Below are positions 28,116-38,214 of a DNA stretch of 64,000 nucleotides, one piece after another. The stretch spans positions 1 through 64,000 of the forward strand of contig CBDBCR010000002.1 of assembly GCA_965203465.1 (NCBI GenBank), given 5' to 3'. This DNA comes from Nitrosopumilaceae archaeon. Its GTDB lineage: Archaea > Thermoproteota > Nitrososphaeria > Nitrososphaerales > Nitrosopumilaceae. The notes beneath the pieces were generated by a model. The model saw nothing but the letters and a program-made list of their open reading frames with translations, was not told where the DNA came from and did no database searches. Position numbers and translations under genes: made by a program. Numbering within the stretch: position 1 is the stretch's first letter; each line of letters opens with the position of its first letter.

Positions 28116-31061
28116 CTACCCGAGGGCCGCCTGGGCCGCGGCGACCACCGCGGTCGGTATCCTGTACGGCGAGGCGCTCACGTAGTCCAGGCCCGCCGAG
28201 TGGAAGAATTTCACCGAGGCCGGATCGCCGCCGTGCTCGCCGCACACGCCGATCTCCATGCGGCGCGCCCCGCGGCCCGCCGAGACGGCCTCGGCGACAA
28301 GGCTGCCCACCCCCTCCTCGTCTATGGTCTGGAACGGGTTGCGCTCCAGTATGCCGTCCTCGAGGTACCTGGACAGGAACTTGGCCTCGGCGTCCTCCCT
28401 GCTAAAGCTGAACACGGCCTGCGTGAGATCGTTGGTGCCAAAGCTGAAAAACTCCGCGTCCCGCGCCAGCCTGCCGGCCGTCGCGCACGCGCGCACCACC
28501 TCTATCATGGTGCCAAAGCTCACGTCAAGGCGCACGCCGCGCTCGGCCTCGGTGCGCGCCCGGGCTTTCTCGTACATTTCCTTGACGCGCCCCAGCTCCT
28601 CTGAGGATCCGACCTGCGGCACCATTATCTGCGGCATGACGCTCACGCCCTTGGCCGCGCAGTCGGCCGCGGCCTCGAGTATGGCGCGTATCTGCATCTC
28701 GTATATCTCGGGGTACGTGATCCCCACGCGCACGCCTCTGTGGCCCATCATCGGGTTGGTCTCTGCAAGCTCGGCGGCCCTCTTTTGCAGCGCCCTGTCC
28801 TTGGCCGAGGCGGGCCCGCCCGGCGACGGGAGGAACTCGTGGAGCGGCGGATCCAGGAGGCGCACGGTCACGCGCCTGCCGCGCATGACCGAGAACATCT
28901 TGGCAAAGTCGCGCTTCTGTAGGCGCTCCAGCTTTGCGAGTATGGAGCGCCTGGACTCTTCGTCGGCGGCCATTATCATGTCCCTGAACGGCTCTATGCG
29001 GTCGCTGTCGTTGAACATGCGCTCGGTCCTGCACAGGCCTATCCCCTCGGCGCCGTACTTTAGCGCCCTTTCGGCCATCTCGGGCGTGTCGGCGTTGGCC
29101 CGCACGCCAAGCTTTTTGGCCTCCGACGCCCAGCCCAAGACCGTCTCGAAGTCCTCGGTCATCTTGGGCCCGACCGTCTTTATGCGTCCCCTGTACACGG
29201 CGCCGGTGCTGCCGTCTATCGTTATGGTCTCGCCGTCGCGTATCCGCGTGGCCCCCGAGGCGCCGCGCCCGCCTATCTTCAGGCCCGCGCACCCGACTAT
29301 GCAGGGCATGCCCATGCCCCTGGCCACGACGGCCGCGTGCGAGGTCTTGCCGCCCCTGCTGGTCAGCACGCCCTTTGAGGCGAAAAAGGCGGGCACATCC
29401 TCCGGCTTTGTCTCCTCCCTGACCAGTATGACGCTCTCGCCGGCCTCTCCCAAGCTGACCGCCCTTTCGACGTCGAACGTGGCCCTGCCGCTGGCAGCGC
29501 CCGGCGAGGCGGCGATTCCGGAGACCATCTCTTCGGCCGACTTTGCCGCGCGCGGATCCAGCGTGTCGTGTAGCAGCTGCTCAAGCTGGTCTGCGTCCAG
29601 CCTCAGGAGGGCCTCTTTCCTGCTGATCATCCTTTCGGAGACCATGTCAACGGAGGTGCGCACCGAGGCCGCCGCGTTCATCTTGGCCCTGCGCGTCTGC
29701 AGCAGGTAGAATTTGCCGCGCTCGACGGTGAATTCGATGTCCTGCGGCTCGCGGAAGTGCCTTTCCAGCCTCTTGCACGTGCGCACCAGCTCGGCGTACG
29801 GACCCGGCATGGAAGATTCCATCTCCTGCACGGGCCGCGGCGTGCGCACGCCCGCCACCACGTCCTCGCCCTGCGCGTTGACCAGGTACTCGCCGAACAG
29901 CCCCGGAGTGCCGTCGCCGGGGTTGCGCGTGAACACCACGCCGGTGGCGCTGTCATCGCCCATGTTGCCGAACGCCATGGCCACGACGTTGACCGCGGTG
30001 CCGTCGGCGGTCTCGGGGCCTATGCCGTTCATCCTCCTGTAGACGACGGCCCTTTCGCCCGACCAGCTCTCAAAGACCGCCTTTATGGCCAGTTCCAGCT
30101 GGGCGCGCGGCTCGGACGGGAAGTTTTTTCCGTGGCGCGCATAGACGCGCATGTATTCTTCGACCACCCGCCTGAGCGAGCCCTCGTCCAGCTGCGCATC
30201 GTCGCTGACGCGCTGCCTTTTTTTGGCTGCCGAAAGGGCCGCCTCGAACTCCTCGTCGGGCAGCCCAAAGACCACTTTGCCGAACAGCTGCGCGAACCTG
30301 CGGTAAGAATCCCACGCGAACCTGCCGCCGCTCGCTTTGGCCAGTCCTTCGACGGTTCTTTCGTTCATGCCAAGGTTGAGTATGGTATCCATCATGCCGG
30401 GCATAGAGACGGCCGCCCCGGATCTGACCGAGACGAGCAGTGGATCGGCCGCCGACCCCCACGACTTGCCCGTCTCCTTTTCGAGCTGCGCGATGCCGCC
30501 CATCACCTTGCCCATCAGGGCCGGCGGCAGCCTTTTGCCGGCCTCGTAGTACTTTTTGCAGACCTCGGTCGTTATGACGAAGCCGGGCGGCACGTTCAGC
30601 CCCATCTGGGTCATCTCGCAGAGGCCCGCGCCCTTGCCCCCCAAGAGCCGCCTGTCGGCCGGATCGCCGTCCCTGTACGAGTACAGCATGTCCGCCTGCC
30701 CCGGGGCCTTTCTTGCGCGCGTGCTCGGCATCCGGGCCCCTGCCCCATCGGCCACGGCCTGCGCCTCGGGTACTGAAAGCGGCCGGCCCCTGCAGAGCAC
30801 CTTGCCCATGACCCTGCTCTGGAAGTTGGAGCACATGAAGCACATGAGGAACTGGGCCCGCTCTTCGAGCACCGGGCACTGCACGTACTCTTTCTTCATC
30901 CTGCGCAACATCTTGGGGCTGACGCCCTTTATGCTCAGCTTGCCCTTTTCGTCGGCCATGCCGGCCTCGCGCAGCCTCTCCTTGACCCGGAGGGGGATCT
31001 TTTGGCGCTCTTCGGTGGAGTGTATCTCCACTTCAAACTTGTACGACGGTTCATCCGACAC
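28116..31061 (-). CDS. ppdK: pyruvate, phosphate dikinase (core from ~30689) in frame with an upstream ~95-aa Cys-containing domain
   Basis: LGGKGAGL, SVRSGA, GGKTSHAAVVARG, GIGLCRTE, SFGTNDLTQ, GVCGEHGG. Confidence 0.95.
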   Translation of the reverse strand: MSDEPSYKFEVEIHSTEERQKIPLRVKERLREAGMADEKGKLSIKGVSPKMLRRMKKEYVQCPVLEERAQFLMCFMCSNFQSRVMGKVLCRGRPLSVPEAQAVADGAGARMPSTRARKAPGQADMLYSYRDGDPADRRLLGGKGAGLCEMTQMGLNVPPGFVITTEVCKKYYEAGKRLPPALMGKVMGGIAQLEKETGKSWGSAADPLLVSVRSGAAVSMPGMMDTILNLGMNERTVEGLAKASGGRFAWDSYRRFAQLFGKVVFGLPDEEFEAALSAAKKRQRVSDDAQLDEGSLRRVVEEYMRVYARHGKNFPSEPRAQLELAIKAVFESWSGERAVVYRRMNGIGPETADGTAVNVVAMAFGNMGDDSATGVVFTRNPGDGTPGLFGEYLVNAQGEDVVAGVRTPRPVQEMESSMPGPYAELVRTCKRLERHFREPQDIEFTVERGKFYLLQTRRAKMNAAASVRTSVDMVSERMISRKEALLRLDADQLEQLLHDTLDPRAAKSAEEMVSGIAASPGAASGRATFDVERAVSLGEAGESVILVREETKPEDVPAFFASKGVLTSRGGKTSHAAVVARGMGMPCIVGCAGLKIGGRGASGATRIRDGETITIDGSTGAVYRGRIKTVGPKMTEDFETVLGWASEAKKLGVRANADTPEMAERALKYGAEGIGLCRTERMFNDSDRIEPFRDMIMAADEESRRSILAKLERLQKRDFAKMFSVMRGRRVTVRLLDPPLHEFLPSPGGPASAKDRALQKRAAELAETNPMMGHRGVRVGITYPEIYEMQIRAILEAAADCAAKGVSVMPQIMVPQVGSSEELGRVKEMYEKARARTEAERGVRLDVSFGTMIEVVRACATAGRLARDAEFFSFGTNDLTQAVFSFSREDAEAKFLSRYLEDGILERNPFQTIDEEGVGSLVAEAVSAGRGARRMEIGVCGEHGGDPASVKFFHSAGLDYVSASPYRIPTAVVAAAQAALG

Positions 31062-31141
31062 GCGGCGCGCCCCCCGGGGGCGTGATTTATTGCTATGGAC
31101 GCGGGTTAGCCATTTATAGCGATCGCGCGGGCCCCGCGCGC

Positions 31142-31303
31142 ATGGGCGTGCTGGAGGGCCTCGTCATAGCGATAATAGTGGTGACGGGCGCGTACGTCGG
31201 GTACAACGTCTGGCAGGACTGGCTACACGAGCCGGCCGAGGCGCACGCGGTGCCCTGGCCGGAGCCGGATCCCGCGAAGCCGGTGCCCCGATCGTACCAC
31301 TAG
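31142..31303 (+). CDS. small single-TM protein
   Basis: TM helix; TTTATA box ~25 nt upstream. Confidence 0.6.
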   Translation: MGVLEGLVIAIIVVTGAYVGYNVWQDWLHEPAEAHAVPWPEPDPAKPVPRSYH

Positions 31304-31337
31304 TTTAATATTGTTAGATCGCCGCGCGCGCGCAATC

Positions 31338-31979
31338 TTGCTGGCCATATTCGATGTGGAGGGCGTCTTGTTCGACGCCGAGTACCTACCCATACTCGCA
31401 GAAGAGGTGGGCAAGGAGGCCGAGATCTGGGAGATCACGCGCAGGGGCATCGCCGGCGACATCGACTGGGAGCGGGGGCTACGCGAGCGCGTCGATGCGC
31501 TGCGCGGCATGGACTACGAGACTTGCGTGCGCGTGGCAGACGGCCTGCCGGTCATGACCGGCGCGCGCAAGGCCTGCTCGGCGCTGCGGCGCGCCGGCTG
31601 GAAGACGATGGCGGTCTCCGGCGGCTTTACCATAATGACCGACAGGCTGCAGCGCGAGCTGGAACTCGACCACGTGTACTCAAACGAGCTGGTCTTCGAG
31701 GACGGCCGCCTGCAGGGCGTGCGGGTTGGGGTCGGCGCCGACAAGGCGGCGCCCGCGCGCGAAAAGATGGAAGAGTGGGGCGTGCGCCCACAAGAGACGG
31801 TCGCCGTGGTGGACGGGGCCAACGACGTAGAGCTGCTGCGCATGTGCGGGCTGGGCATCGCCTACAGGGCCCAAGACGTGGTCAAGGATCTTGCCGACGC
31901 GGTGCTCGAGGAAAAGGATCTGTCCGGCATACTGCCGATAATAAGCGGGTACTACCGGATACGCCCGCCGCTGGCATGA
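31338..31979 (+). CDS. serB: phosphoserine phosphatase (HAD)
   Basis: FDVEGVL, SGGF, DGAND motifs. Confidence 0.88.
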   Translation: MLAIFDVEGVLFDAEYLPILAEEVGKEAEIWEITRRGIAGDIDWERGLRERVDALRGMDYETCVRVADGLPVMTGARKACSALRRAGWKTMAVSGGFTIMTDRLQRELELDHVYSNELVFEDGRLQGVRVGVGADKAAPAREKMEEWGVRPQETVAVVDGANDVELLRMCGLGIAYRAQDVVKDLADAVLEEKDLSGILPIISGYYRIRPPLA

Positions 31980-32701
31980 CGCTGCAGGTGGCGCCGGTCC
32001 GGATGGGCCCGGTCTCGGAGGGCGACGACATCGCGTCCATGATGCTGGAATCGGCGGACGTGCGCGACGGCGACATACTGGTGGTCTCGCACAAGATAAT
32101 ATCGAAGCAGGAGGGCCGCACGGTGAGGCTCTCGGATGTGCGCCCCTCGCGGCTTGCCTCGGGCATCGCATCGGCGTACGGCAAGGATCCGCGCGTGGTG
32201 GAACTGGTGCTCTCCGAGGCCGACCGCATAGTCCGGATGGGCCACGGCGTGCTGATAACGCGCACGCGCCACGGGCTGGTGTGCGCAAACTCGGGGGTCG
32301 ACGAGAGCAACGCGGGGCCTGGCGCCGCGGTGCTGCTGCCACTCGATCCGGACGGCTCGGCCCGGCGCCTGCGGCTGCGTGTGCGCGAGCTGTCGGGCGC
32401 CTCGGTGGCCGTGCTCGTATCGGACACGTTCGGCAGGCCGTTTCGGATGGGCCAGACCGACTGCGCCGTAGGGGCCTCGGGCATGGAGCCGCTGCTGGAT
32501 CTCCGGGGTTCGGAGGATTCGTACGGCAGGCCCCTGCGCTCGTCGGTGACGGCCGTGGCAGACCAGGTCTGCTCGGCCGCCGAGCTGGTCAGGCCAAAGT
32601 CGGGCGGTGTGCCGGCGGCCGTCGTGCGGGGCGTGGCGGTCTCGGGCGACGCGCCGGCCTCGTCGGCGCTGCGGCCCGCCGGCCAGGATCTTTTCCTCTA
32701 G
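31976..32701 (+). CDS. cofE: coenzyme F420-0:L-glutamate ligase
   Basis: SHKIISKQEGR, CANSGVDESN, DTFGRPFRMG. Confidence 0.92.
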   Translation: MTLQVAPVRMGPVSEGDDIASMMLESADVRDGDILVVSHKIISKQEGRTVRLSDVRPSRLASGIASAYGKDPRVVELVLSEADRIVRMGHGVLITRTRHGLVCANSGVDESNAGPGAAVLLPLDPDGSARRLRLRVRELSGASVAVLVSDTFGRPFRMGQTDCAVGASGMEPLLDLRGSEDSYGRPLRSSVTAVADQVCSAAELVRPKSGGVPAAVVRGVAVSGDAPASSALRPAGQDLFL

Positions 32702-32817
32702 TCTATGGCGCACTCTGTGGGAGCGTCGCCGCACAGGCAGGGCCGCTTCGAGTCGTCCCCGTCCAGCGAGCACGACGTGCTGGCCCCGCCTCCGCACGAA
32801 GGGCATGGCTCGTCCAT
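32698..32817 (-). CDS. 39-aa Cys-rich microprotein MDEPCPSCGGGASTSCSLDGDDSKRPCLCGDAPTECAID
   Basis: ATG ~23 nt after TTAAAT; 6 Cys; stop overlaps cofE stop. Confidence 0.55.
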   Translation of the reverse strand: MDEPCPSCGGGASTSCSLDGDDSKRPCLCGDAPTECAID

Positions 32818-32841
32818 GCACCGTGCTCGCCGAATGGGGAT

Positions 32842-33699
32842 TTAACGAGAGGCGATGGCCGCCAGCATGGCCGCTATGCGGGCCGCCGCGGCGGCAGTCG
32901 AGCCGTTGTCCTGCGGCGGGCACAGCTCGACTATGTCGGCGCCGGCTATGCGGGCCCCGCCCATGGCGCGCACCATCGCGAACAGCTCGCGCGGGGTCAG
33001 GCCCTCCGGCTCGGGATTCCCCACGCCGGGGGCGAACCCGGGGTCCAGCACGTCTATGTCGAAGCTGGCGTATACGCTGCCAAAGCCCGAGATCCACTCC
33101 TTCAAGAGACGCGGGCCCTCGCCGTCGCGCACCTGCGCGTCGGTAACGCACCGGATCCCGCTCTCCTTGAGGAACTCGGCCTCTTCTGCGGCGCACGCGC
33201 GGCCCCCCACGTGCAGCACGGAGCCGGCGCCGCGCTCCTCGACTATCCTGCGCAGGTACGAGGCGTGGCTGAGGCGCGCCCCGGCAAGCGAGTCGCGCAG
33301 GTCGTAGTGGGCGTCGAACACCACGTACCCCGTGGATTCGGGGAACGCCATGTACGATCCGAGCGTTATGAGGTGCTCGCCCCCGAAGAACAGCACGGGC
33401 CGCTTGGCCGAGACCTCGCCGGCCACCCTGCCGACCATCTGCAGCATCTGCTCGGCGTCGACGGTGTGCGCCAGGTTGCCCATGTCGTCTATGGGGATCG
33501 ATTCGAGGTCGGCCCCCAGCTCCGGGAAGAACACCTCGATGTTGTTCAAAGAGTCGCGCAGCGCGTCGGGGCCGAACCTACAGCCGGGCCTGTAAGAGTG
33601 CGTGGAGTCGAACGGCACGCCGACCACCGAGACGGCCGGCTCGCCCGGCGGCGACGAGATCAGGGGGCTCTTGGAAAGGTACAGGTCCGAGTAGCTCAC
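32842..33699 (-). CDS. speB: agmatinase
   Basis: GVPFDST, GGEHLIT, DAHYD, SFDIDVLDPGFAPGVG. Confidence 0.93.
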   Translation of the reverse strand: MSYSDLYLSKSPLISSPPGEPAVSVVGVPFDSTHSYRPGCRFGPDALRDSLNNIEVFFPELGADLESIPIDDMGNLAHTVDAEQMLQMVGRVAGEVSAKRPVLFFGGEHLITLGSYMAFPESTGYVVFDAHYDLRDSLAGARLSHASYLRRIVEERGAGSVLHVGGRACAAEEAEFLKESGIRCVTDAQVRDGEGPRLLKEWISGFGSVYASFDIDVLDPGFAPGVGNPEPEGLTPRELFAMVRAMGGARIAGADIVELCPPQDNGSTAAAAARIAAMLAAIASR

Positions 33700-35528
33700 G
33701 TCATCACCGGCCTGGCCGCCACGGAGCGGGGCGCGTTGAGGGGGGCAAACGGCATGCCCTCTGTCTCCCGCCTTATCTTTTCTGAGAGCTCTGCGGGCCC
33801 CGCGCGCAGCTGCCCGCCCGAGCGCCGGTCCCGCACGCTGAGCACGCCCGACTCGGCCTCGCTGGGGCCGACCACGGCTATGTAGGGTATCCACTCGCGC
33901 TCGGCGTCGCGCACCCTCTTGCCGACCGATTCGGATCTGTCGTCGACGTCGGCGCGCACGCCCTCCATGGACCCGCAGATGTCTAGGCACCTGCCGGCAA
34001 AGTCGGAGTTGAGCGGGATTATGCGCGCCTGGGTGGGGCACAGCCAGAGCGGCAGCGACGGCTTTTGGCCGCGCCCCGACGCCGAGGCGGCCTCCTCCAG
34101 GAGCGCGTACATGGCGCGCTCGACGGCGCCGCTCGGCGAGTTGTGCAGCACGAGCGGGTGCACGGGCCTGCCCGAATCGTCGGTGAACTCTATCCCGTAG
34201 CGAGGGCCGTTCTCTATGTCTATCTGGTCGGTCGAGAGGGCAGACGCCCTGCCGGCCCCGTCGACATAGTTGAACTCCCACTTTAGCACAAAGTAAAAGA
34301 AACGGTCCGGCCACAGTTCCACCAGGGCGGGCCTGCCGTGCCGCCTGACCAGCTCCTTTACCGTGTCTTCGTTCTCCTCGTAGAACTCGCGCGTGACGCG
34401 CACGGCCATCTCGTACGAGCCGGGCGGTATCCCTATCTCGGAGACGACCGAGCGCGAGAGGTCGAAGCGCTCGAGCATCTCGCCGAGGGCCTGGCGCATG
34501 TCCGCGCAGAAGGCGTGGCAGTCGGGCATGGTGAAGGCGCGCAGCCTGCGCAGCCCGACCAGCTCGCCGGACTGCTCGCGCCTAAAGCTGTACCTTGTAA
34601 GCTCGTAGAGGCGGTAGGGGAGGTTTTTGTGGGATATCTGCATGTCGCGGGCCATCAAAAACTGCCCAAAGCAGGCGGCGAACCTCAGAAAGAGGCTCCT
34701 GCCGTCCGAGTCCACGCTGTACTGGCGCGCCGGAAACCGCTCGAAATAACTCCTCATGCTGGGGTGGTCAGAGTCGTACATTATGGGAGTCTCCACCTCG
34801 TAGCCGCCGTACCCGCGCACGCGGGCCGTCACGTACGATTCGATGAGAGACTTTATGAGGCGGCCGTTGGGGTAGAAGCGCATGTTGCCGCGGTCCGAGG
34901 CCGGCTCGTAGTCGGCGATGGCCAGCCTCTTCATCAGGGCCACGTGCGGGGGCGGCTCGTCGGCCGAGCGCCTGCGCGCCTGCTCGTACCTTGCGAGCGC
35001 GTGCAGGCTCGCGCTGCCCGAAAAGTCGTAGTCAGCAGCGGGGGTCAGCGTGCCGTCCGGCTCCATGACCGCCCACTCGGATTCTATCTTTTTCTCGCTT
35101 GCCAGCGCCCCCGGCTCCGACCTGTCCGAGAAGGACATGTGGCTTTCCGCGAGCGGGTGGCCCTTTACGCTCACAGAGTACGACTTTGTCCAGCCGAAGG
35201 GGGCGCGGTGCAGCTCTATCCCCGCCGCATCCGAGGCCATGGAGTCGAGGACCTTGCGCGCCTCGCGCGGGGGGGCAAGCTCGGAACTGAGGTGCGCGTA
35301 CGGGTACAGCAGCAGGCGGGCGCAGCCGACCTTGGACATGGCCTCCTTGACAGCCGCCATGGCGGCGCGCGCGGCCCTCTCGCCGTCGCCCTTTTCGACC
35401 GAGACGAGCGCCACGACCACCTCGCGCAGCTCCACGGGGCCCGGATCCGAGACGTCCTCTGCCGACCCGATCTCTTTCTTTACCGGCTCGTACGCGGCGC
35501 GGTCGCAGTGAAGCTGCAGAACCCTCAT
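33696..35528 (-). CDS. thrS: threonyl-tRNA synthetase (archaeal, N-terminal editing domain)
   Basis: MRVLQLHCD, YPYAHLS, LRFAACFGQF, FRREQSGE, FTMPD. Confidence 0.96.
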   Translation of the reverse strand: MRVLQLHCDRAAYEPVKKEIGSAEDVSDPGPVELREVVVALVSVEKGDGERAARAAMAAVKEAMSKVGCARLLLYPYAHLSSELAPPREARKVLDSMASDAAGIELHRAPFGWTKSYSVSVKGHPLAESHMSFSDRSEPGALASEKKIESEWAVMEPDGTLTPAADYDFSGSASLHALARYEQARRRSADEPPPHVALMKRLAIADYEPASDRGNMRFYPNGRLIKSLIESYVTARVRGYGGYEVETPIMYDSDHPSMRSYFERFPARQYSVDSDGRSLFLRFAACFGQFLMARDMQISHKNLPYRLYELTRYSFRREQSGELVGLRRLRAFTMPDCHAFCADMRQALGEMLERFDLSRSVVSEIGIPPGSYEMAVRVTREFYEENEDTVKELVRRHGRPALVELWPDRFFYFVLKWEFNYVDGAGRASALSTDQIDIENGPRYGIEFTDDSGRPVHPLVLHNSPSGAVERAMYALLEEAASASGRGQKPSLPLWLCPTQARIIPLNSDFAGRCLDICGSMEGVRADVDDRSESVGKRVRDAEREWIPYIAVVGPSEAESGVLSVRDRRSGGQLRAGPAELSEKIRRETEGMPFAPLNAPRSVAARPVMT

Positions 35529-35552
35529 CGCGCGCGCAGGCGACGGCTGGGA

Positions 35553-35855
35553 TTAAATGTCTAGCGCACCGGCGAGCGATATGGACAGGCGCTCCACGAT
35601 GGCCGCCGCGCCCGTCTCTTTGACGAACCGGGCGGCGCTGCCGAGCGGATCAGGCCCCAATAGACCCTCGTCGTAGACGCACTCTGCGGAGCCCTCGTCG
35701 GCGTACAGGACGGCTGTGATCAGCGACGTGCCGCCGCTCCTGTACAGGCGCAGCTCTAGGCCCGTCACCGACAGCCCGCGGAGCGCGTAGCGCACGCCGC
35801 CTGCTATGCGGATCGACTGGTCGGGGCCGCGCTCCACGCGGGACGGATCCGCCAT
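35553..35855 (-). CDS. hypothetical protein
   Basis: ORF filling the gap with typical codon bias. Confidence 0.55.
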   Translation of the reverse strand: MADPSRVERGPDQSIRIAGGVRYALRGLSVTGLELRLYRSGGTSLITAVLYADEGSAECVYDEGLLGPDPLGSAARFVKETGAAAIVERLSISLAGALDI

Positions 35856-36030
35856 GTCCACCACATGCACGGCCCGCGCCGGGCCCCCCACGTATATCGG
35901 CATCGGCAGAACGGGCCGGGCAGCTGCCGGCGCCGACCGCCTTGGGTGCGCCCGGTTGACGCTCGGGGCCGAGGCCGCCGAATCTGCCGGCCGGAGATCG
36001 TTTATAACACGACCCGCGGGGCCGGACGGC

Positions 36031-36276
36031 ATGGCCTCGAAAAAACCAGGCAAGGAGGAGGGCGGCGTACCTAGGGCCGAGATACCGGTGTATCTTGACG
36101 ACGGGCAGGCCGAGCGCGCGCTAAAGGGCGCGAAGGTTCTCACGCCGCAGGAACTTGCAAGGCAGACCGGGGTAAAGGTGTCCGCGGCCAACGCGTACCT
36201 AAAGCGGGCTCTCGCGGAAGGCAAAGTGGCAGACGCGGGCGGCTACAGCGGCCACCGTCTCTACAGGCCCGCCTGA
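36031..36276 (+). CDS. rps25e: 30S ribosomal protein S25e
   Basis: VLTPQELARQTGVKVSAANAYL...G.V...HRLY; TTTATAA upstream. Confidence 0.8.
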   Translation: MASKKPGKEEGGVPRAEIPVYLDDGQAERALKGAKVLTPQELARQTGVKVSAANAYLKRALAEGKVADAGGYSGHRLYRPA

Positions 36277-36632
36277 GCCTCGAGCCTCACCGCGTCGCCG
36301 GGGCGCGCAGAATCAAGCAGTTCGATGCCAGACTCCACGCGCCCCACCAGCACCATGGGCCTGCCCGGCGAGGCCTCGCGCAGGAAAAAACACACCATGC
36401 CGCCGGGCGGGCTGAACGCCACATCGCCGCGCGCAAACTCGCGCCTCGGCTTTTCGAGCGCGCCTGCCACCGGGGTGCCCACGTACACGGCGCCCTCCAT
36501 GCCGTGGACGTTGCCCTCGAGGGGCAGGGCGCGAAGCAGGGCCCCGACCGTTCTGGGGGCAAGGTGCCTCTTTAGGAGCGCGGACGCCTCGCGCCCGCCG
36601 ATGCGCGCAAGCACCGCTGCGCCGGATACCAA
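36261..36632 (-). CDS. cyclophilin-like fold protein
   Basis: APRTV..L.RALP, GDVAFSPPGG.VCFF, VGRV. Confidence 0.8.
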   Translation of the reverse strand: MVSGAAVLARIGGREASALLKRHLAPRTVGALLRALPLEGNVHGMEGAVYVGTPVAGALEKPRREFARGDVAFSPPGGMVCFFLREASPGRPMVLVGRVESGIELLDSARPGDAVRLEAQAGL

Positions 36633-36684
36633 GGCGGCGCAAAGATTCATTGGATTATATAACCGCTTTCCGGGGAGCCGGCGC

Positions 36685-37119
36685 TTGTCCGAGGCAGAAA
36701 ACAAGATCGAACCGGAGCGCGACGACGGCCTTGCCAAGGCGATAGAGACTTACCGCAAGCTGGCAGAGGATCAAGAACTGACCGATTCGGAAAAGTCGGC
36801 CATGGAAGAGCGCGTAAAGGCGATGACCGAGCGCGAGATAATAGGCGAGAACGTGGCGCACGAGCCCGCCGAGCTTTCACCCGACCGCGTGCAGATAGGG
36901 CCGCCGGTCCTCACCAGGTTCGAAAAGGCGCGCATAATGGGAGCGCGCGCGCTCCAGCTCTCGCTGGGCGCCCCGCCGTTCGTGGAGATACCGGCCACGG
37001 CGAAGCGCTCTCTCGAGATAGCCATGGACGAGCTGGAAAAAAAGATAATCCCCATAGTCATAAAGCGCGTGCTGCCCAACGGCGACTACCAGAACCTGCC
37101 GATAGACCGCTTCAAGTGA
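36685..37119 (+). CDS. rpoK: RNA polymerase subunit Rpo6 (K)
   Basis: LTRFEKARIMGARALQLSLGAP, IPIVIKRVLPNG. Confidence 0.95.
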   Translation: MSEAENKIEPERDDGLAKAIETYRKLAEDQELTDSEKSAMEERVKAMTEREIIGENVAHEPAELSPDRVQIGPPVLTRFEKARIMGARALQLSLGAPPFVEIPATAKRSLEIAMDELEKKIIPIVIKRVLPNGDYQNLPIDRFK

Positions 37120-37288
37120 CCAGGATGCCTAGCGCGAGCGCGTTGAGCGCCGCGTGGGCGGCGCCGGCGCACGTCCCCACGTACAGGCAGCGCAGGCCCG
37201 TGCGCGGATCGCGCCGCCTGAGCACAAAGTACGAAACCACCCCGCCGGGCGCGCCGGCGCACGCGGCCAGCAGGTACCAGTAGTTCAC
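37112..37288 (-). CDS. small two-TM protein (58 aa)
   Basis: YWYLL...GGVVSYFVLRRRDP...CLYVG; GTGA coupling to upstream gene. Confidence 0.65.
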   Translation of the reverse strand: MNYWYLLAACAGAPGGVVSYFVLRRRDPRTGLRCLYVGTCAGAAHAALNALALGILVT

Positions 37289-37548
37289 GGCCCGTCCCGC
37301 GGCCTGCCCACCGGGCCCCTCGCGCGCTCCTGCGTTATGTCTATCTCGACCGACTCGAGTGGATCGTCCGAGACGCCGCGCCTTATGGAGAACAGCTTTG
37401 GCTTTTCAAAGTCGCGCGTGCAGTCGGGGCACGAGTACACCAGCACCCTGTGCTCGTTGGGGGCCTTTGGGTTGGACAGGCGCGGATAGTACACGAGCCG
37501 CGCGCCGCAGTCCACGCAGTACCTGTTGACCCTGCGTGTCCTTGCCAC
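37285..37548 (-). CDS. zinc-ribbon hypothetical protein
   Basis: YCVDCG...YSCPDC. Confidence 0.75.
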   Translation of the reverse strand: MARTRRVNRYCVDCGARLVYYPRLSNPKAPNEHRVLVYSCPDCTRDFEKPKLFSIRRGVSDDPLESVEIDITQERARGPVGRPRDGP

Positions 37549-37572
37549 GCAAGAGCTTCGCCGTTCCCATAT

Positions 37573-38145
37573 TTACGGCATTGCCTCGGGGCGCAGCACG
37601 CGCATCGCTCCGCCCGAGATCTCTTCGAGCCTGCCCGCAAAGGAGACAAAGTCGCCGTCGCGCGAGACGAGCACGGCGCGGCCCGAGGCGCGCGCGATGG
37701 AGACCGACTGTGCCATTATGACCCTGTCCTGGGCGGCCTCGATGTACAGGCGCCTGAGGGCGGCCTTAGCGCCGCGCCCCACGATGCCCATCCTCGAGAC
37801 GCGCGTCTTTTTGCTGGCCATCCACGCGCGCGCGCCCTCGGATTCGGGCGAGCCGGCGGCCCCGCCGTGCATCTCTTCCATCAGGCGCAGCAGCTCGGCG
37901 TCGGTGCCCGGATCGCGGTACAGGCCGTATATCCAGTCCTTCTGGGAGCCGGGCAGCCGGGCGAGCCACGAGAGGGCAGGATGCCTGCCTCTTCCGCGCC
38001 TGTTGGACTTTTGGATCTTTTTGAACTCGGATTCCACCGCGCGCGGGATGCATATCTCGCCTTTCAGGCGGCTCTCGAACCAGCCGGGCCCCCTGCCGAG
38101 CCTGCGGTACGATTCGAGCACCGAGACCACGCAGCTCGTATCCAT
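37573..38145 (-). CDS. PIN-domain protein
   Basis: DTS, IPRAVESE, QDRVI, LVSRDGDF acidic-residue pattern. Confidence 0.65.
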   Translation of the reverse strand: MDTSCVVSVLESYRRLGRGPGWFESRLKGEICIPRAVESEFKKIQKSNRRGRGRHPALSWLARLPGSQKDWIYGLYRDPGTDAELLRLMEEMHGGAAGSPESEGARAWMASKKTRVSRMGIVGRGAKAALRRLYIEAAQDRVIMAQSVSIARASGRAVLVSRDGDFVSFAGRLEEISGGAMRVLRPEAMP

Positions 38146-38214
38146 TATCGCGCATTCCACGGGGGGAGCCGGCCCGCCCACCCTTTAAATTAAGCCCGGG
38201 CCGGCACGCGCCGA

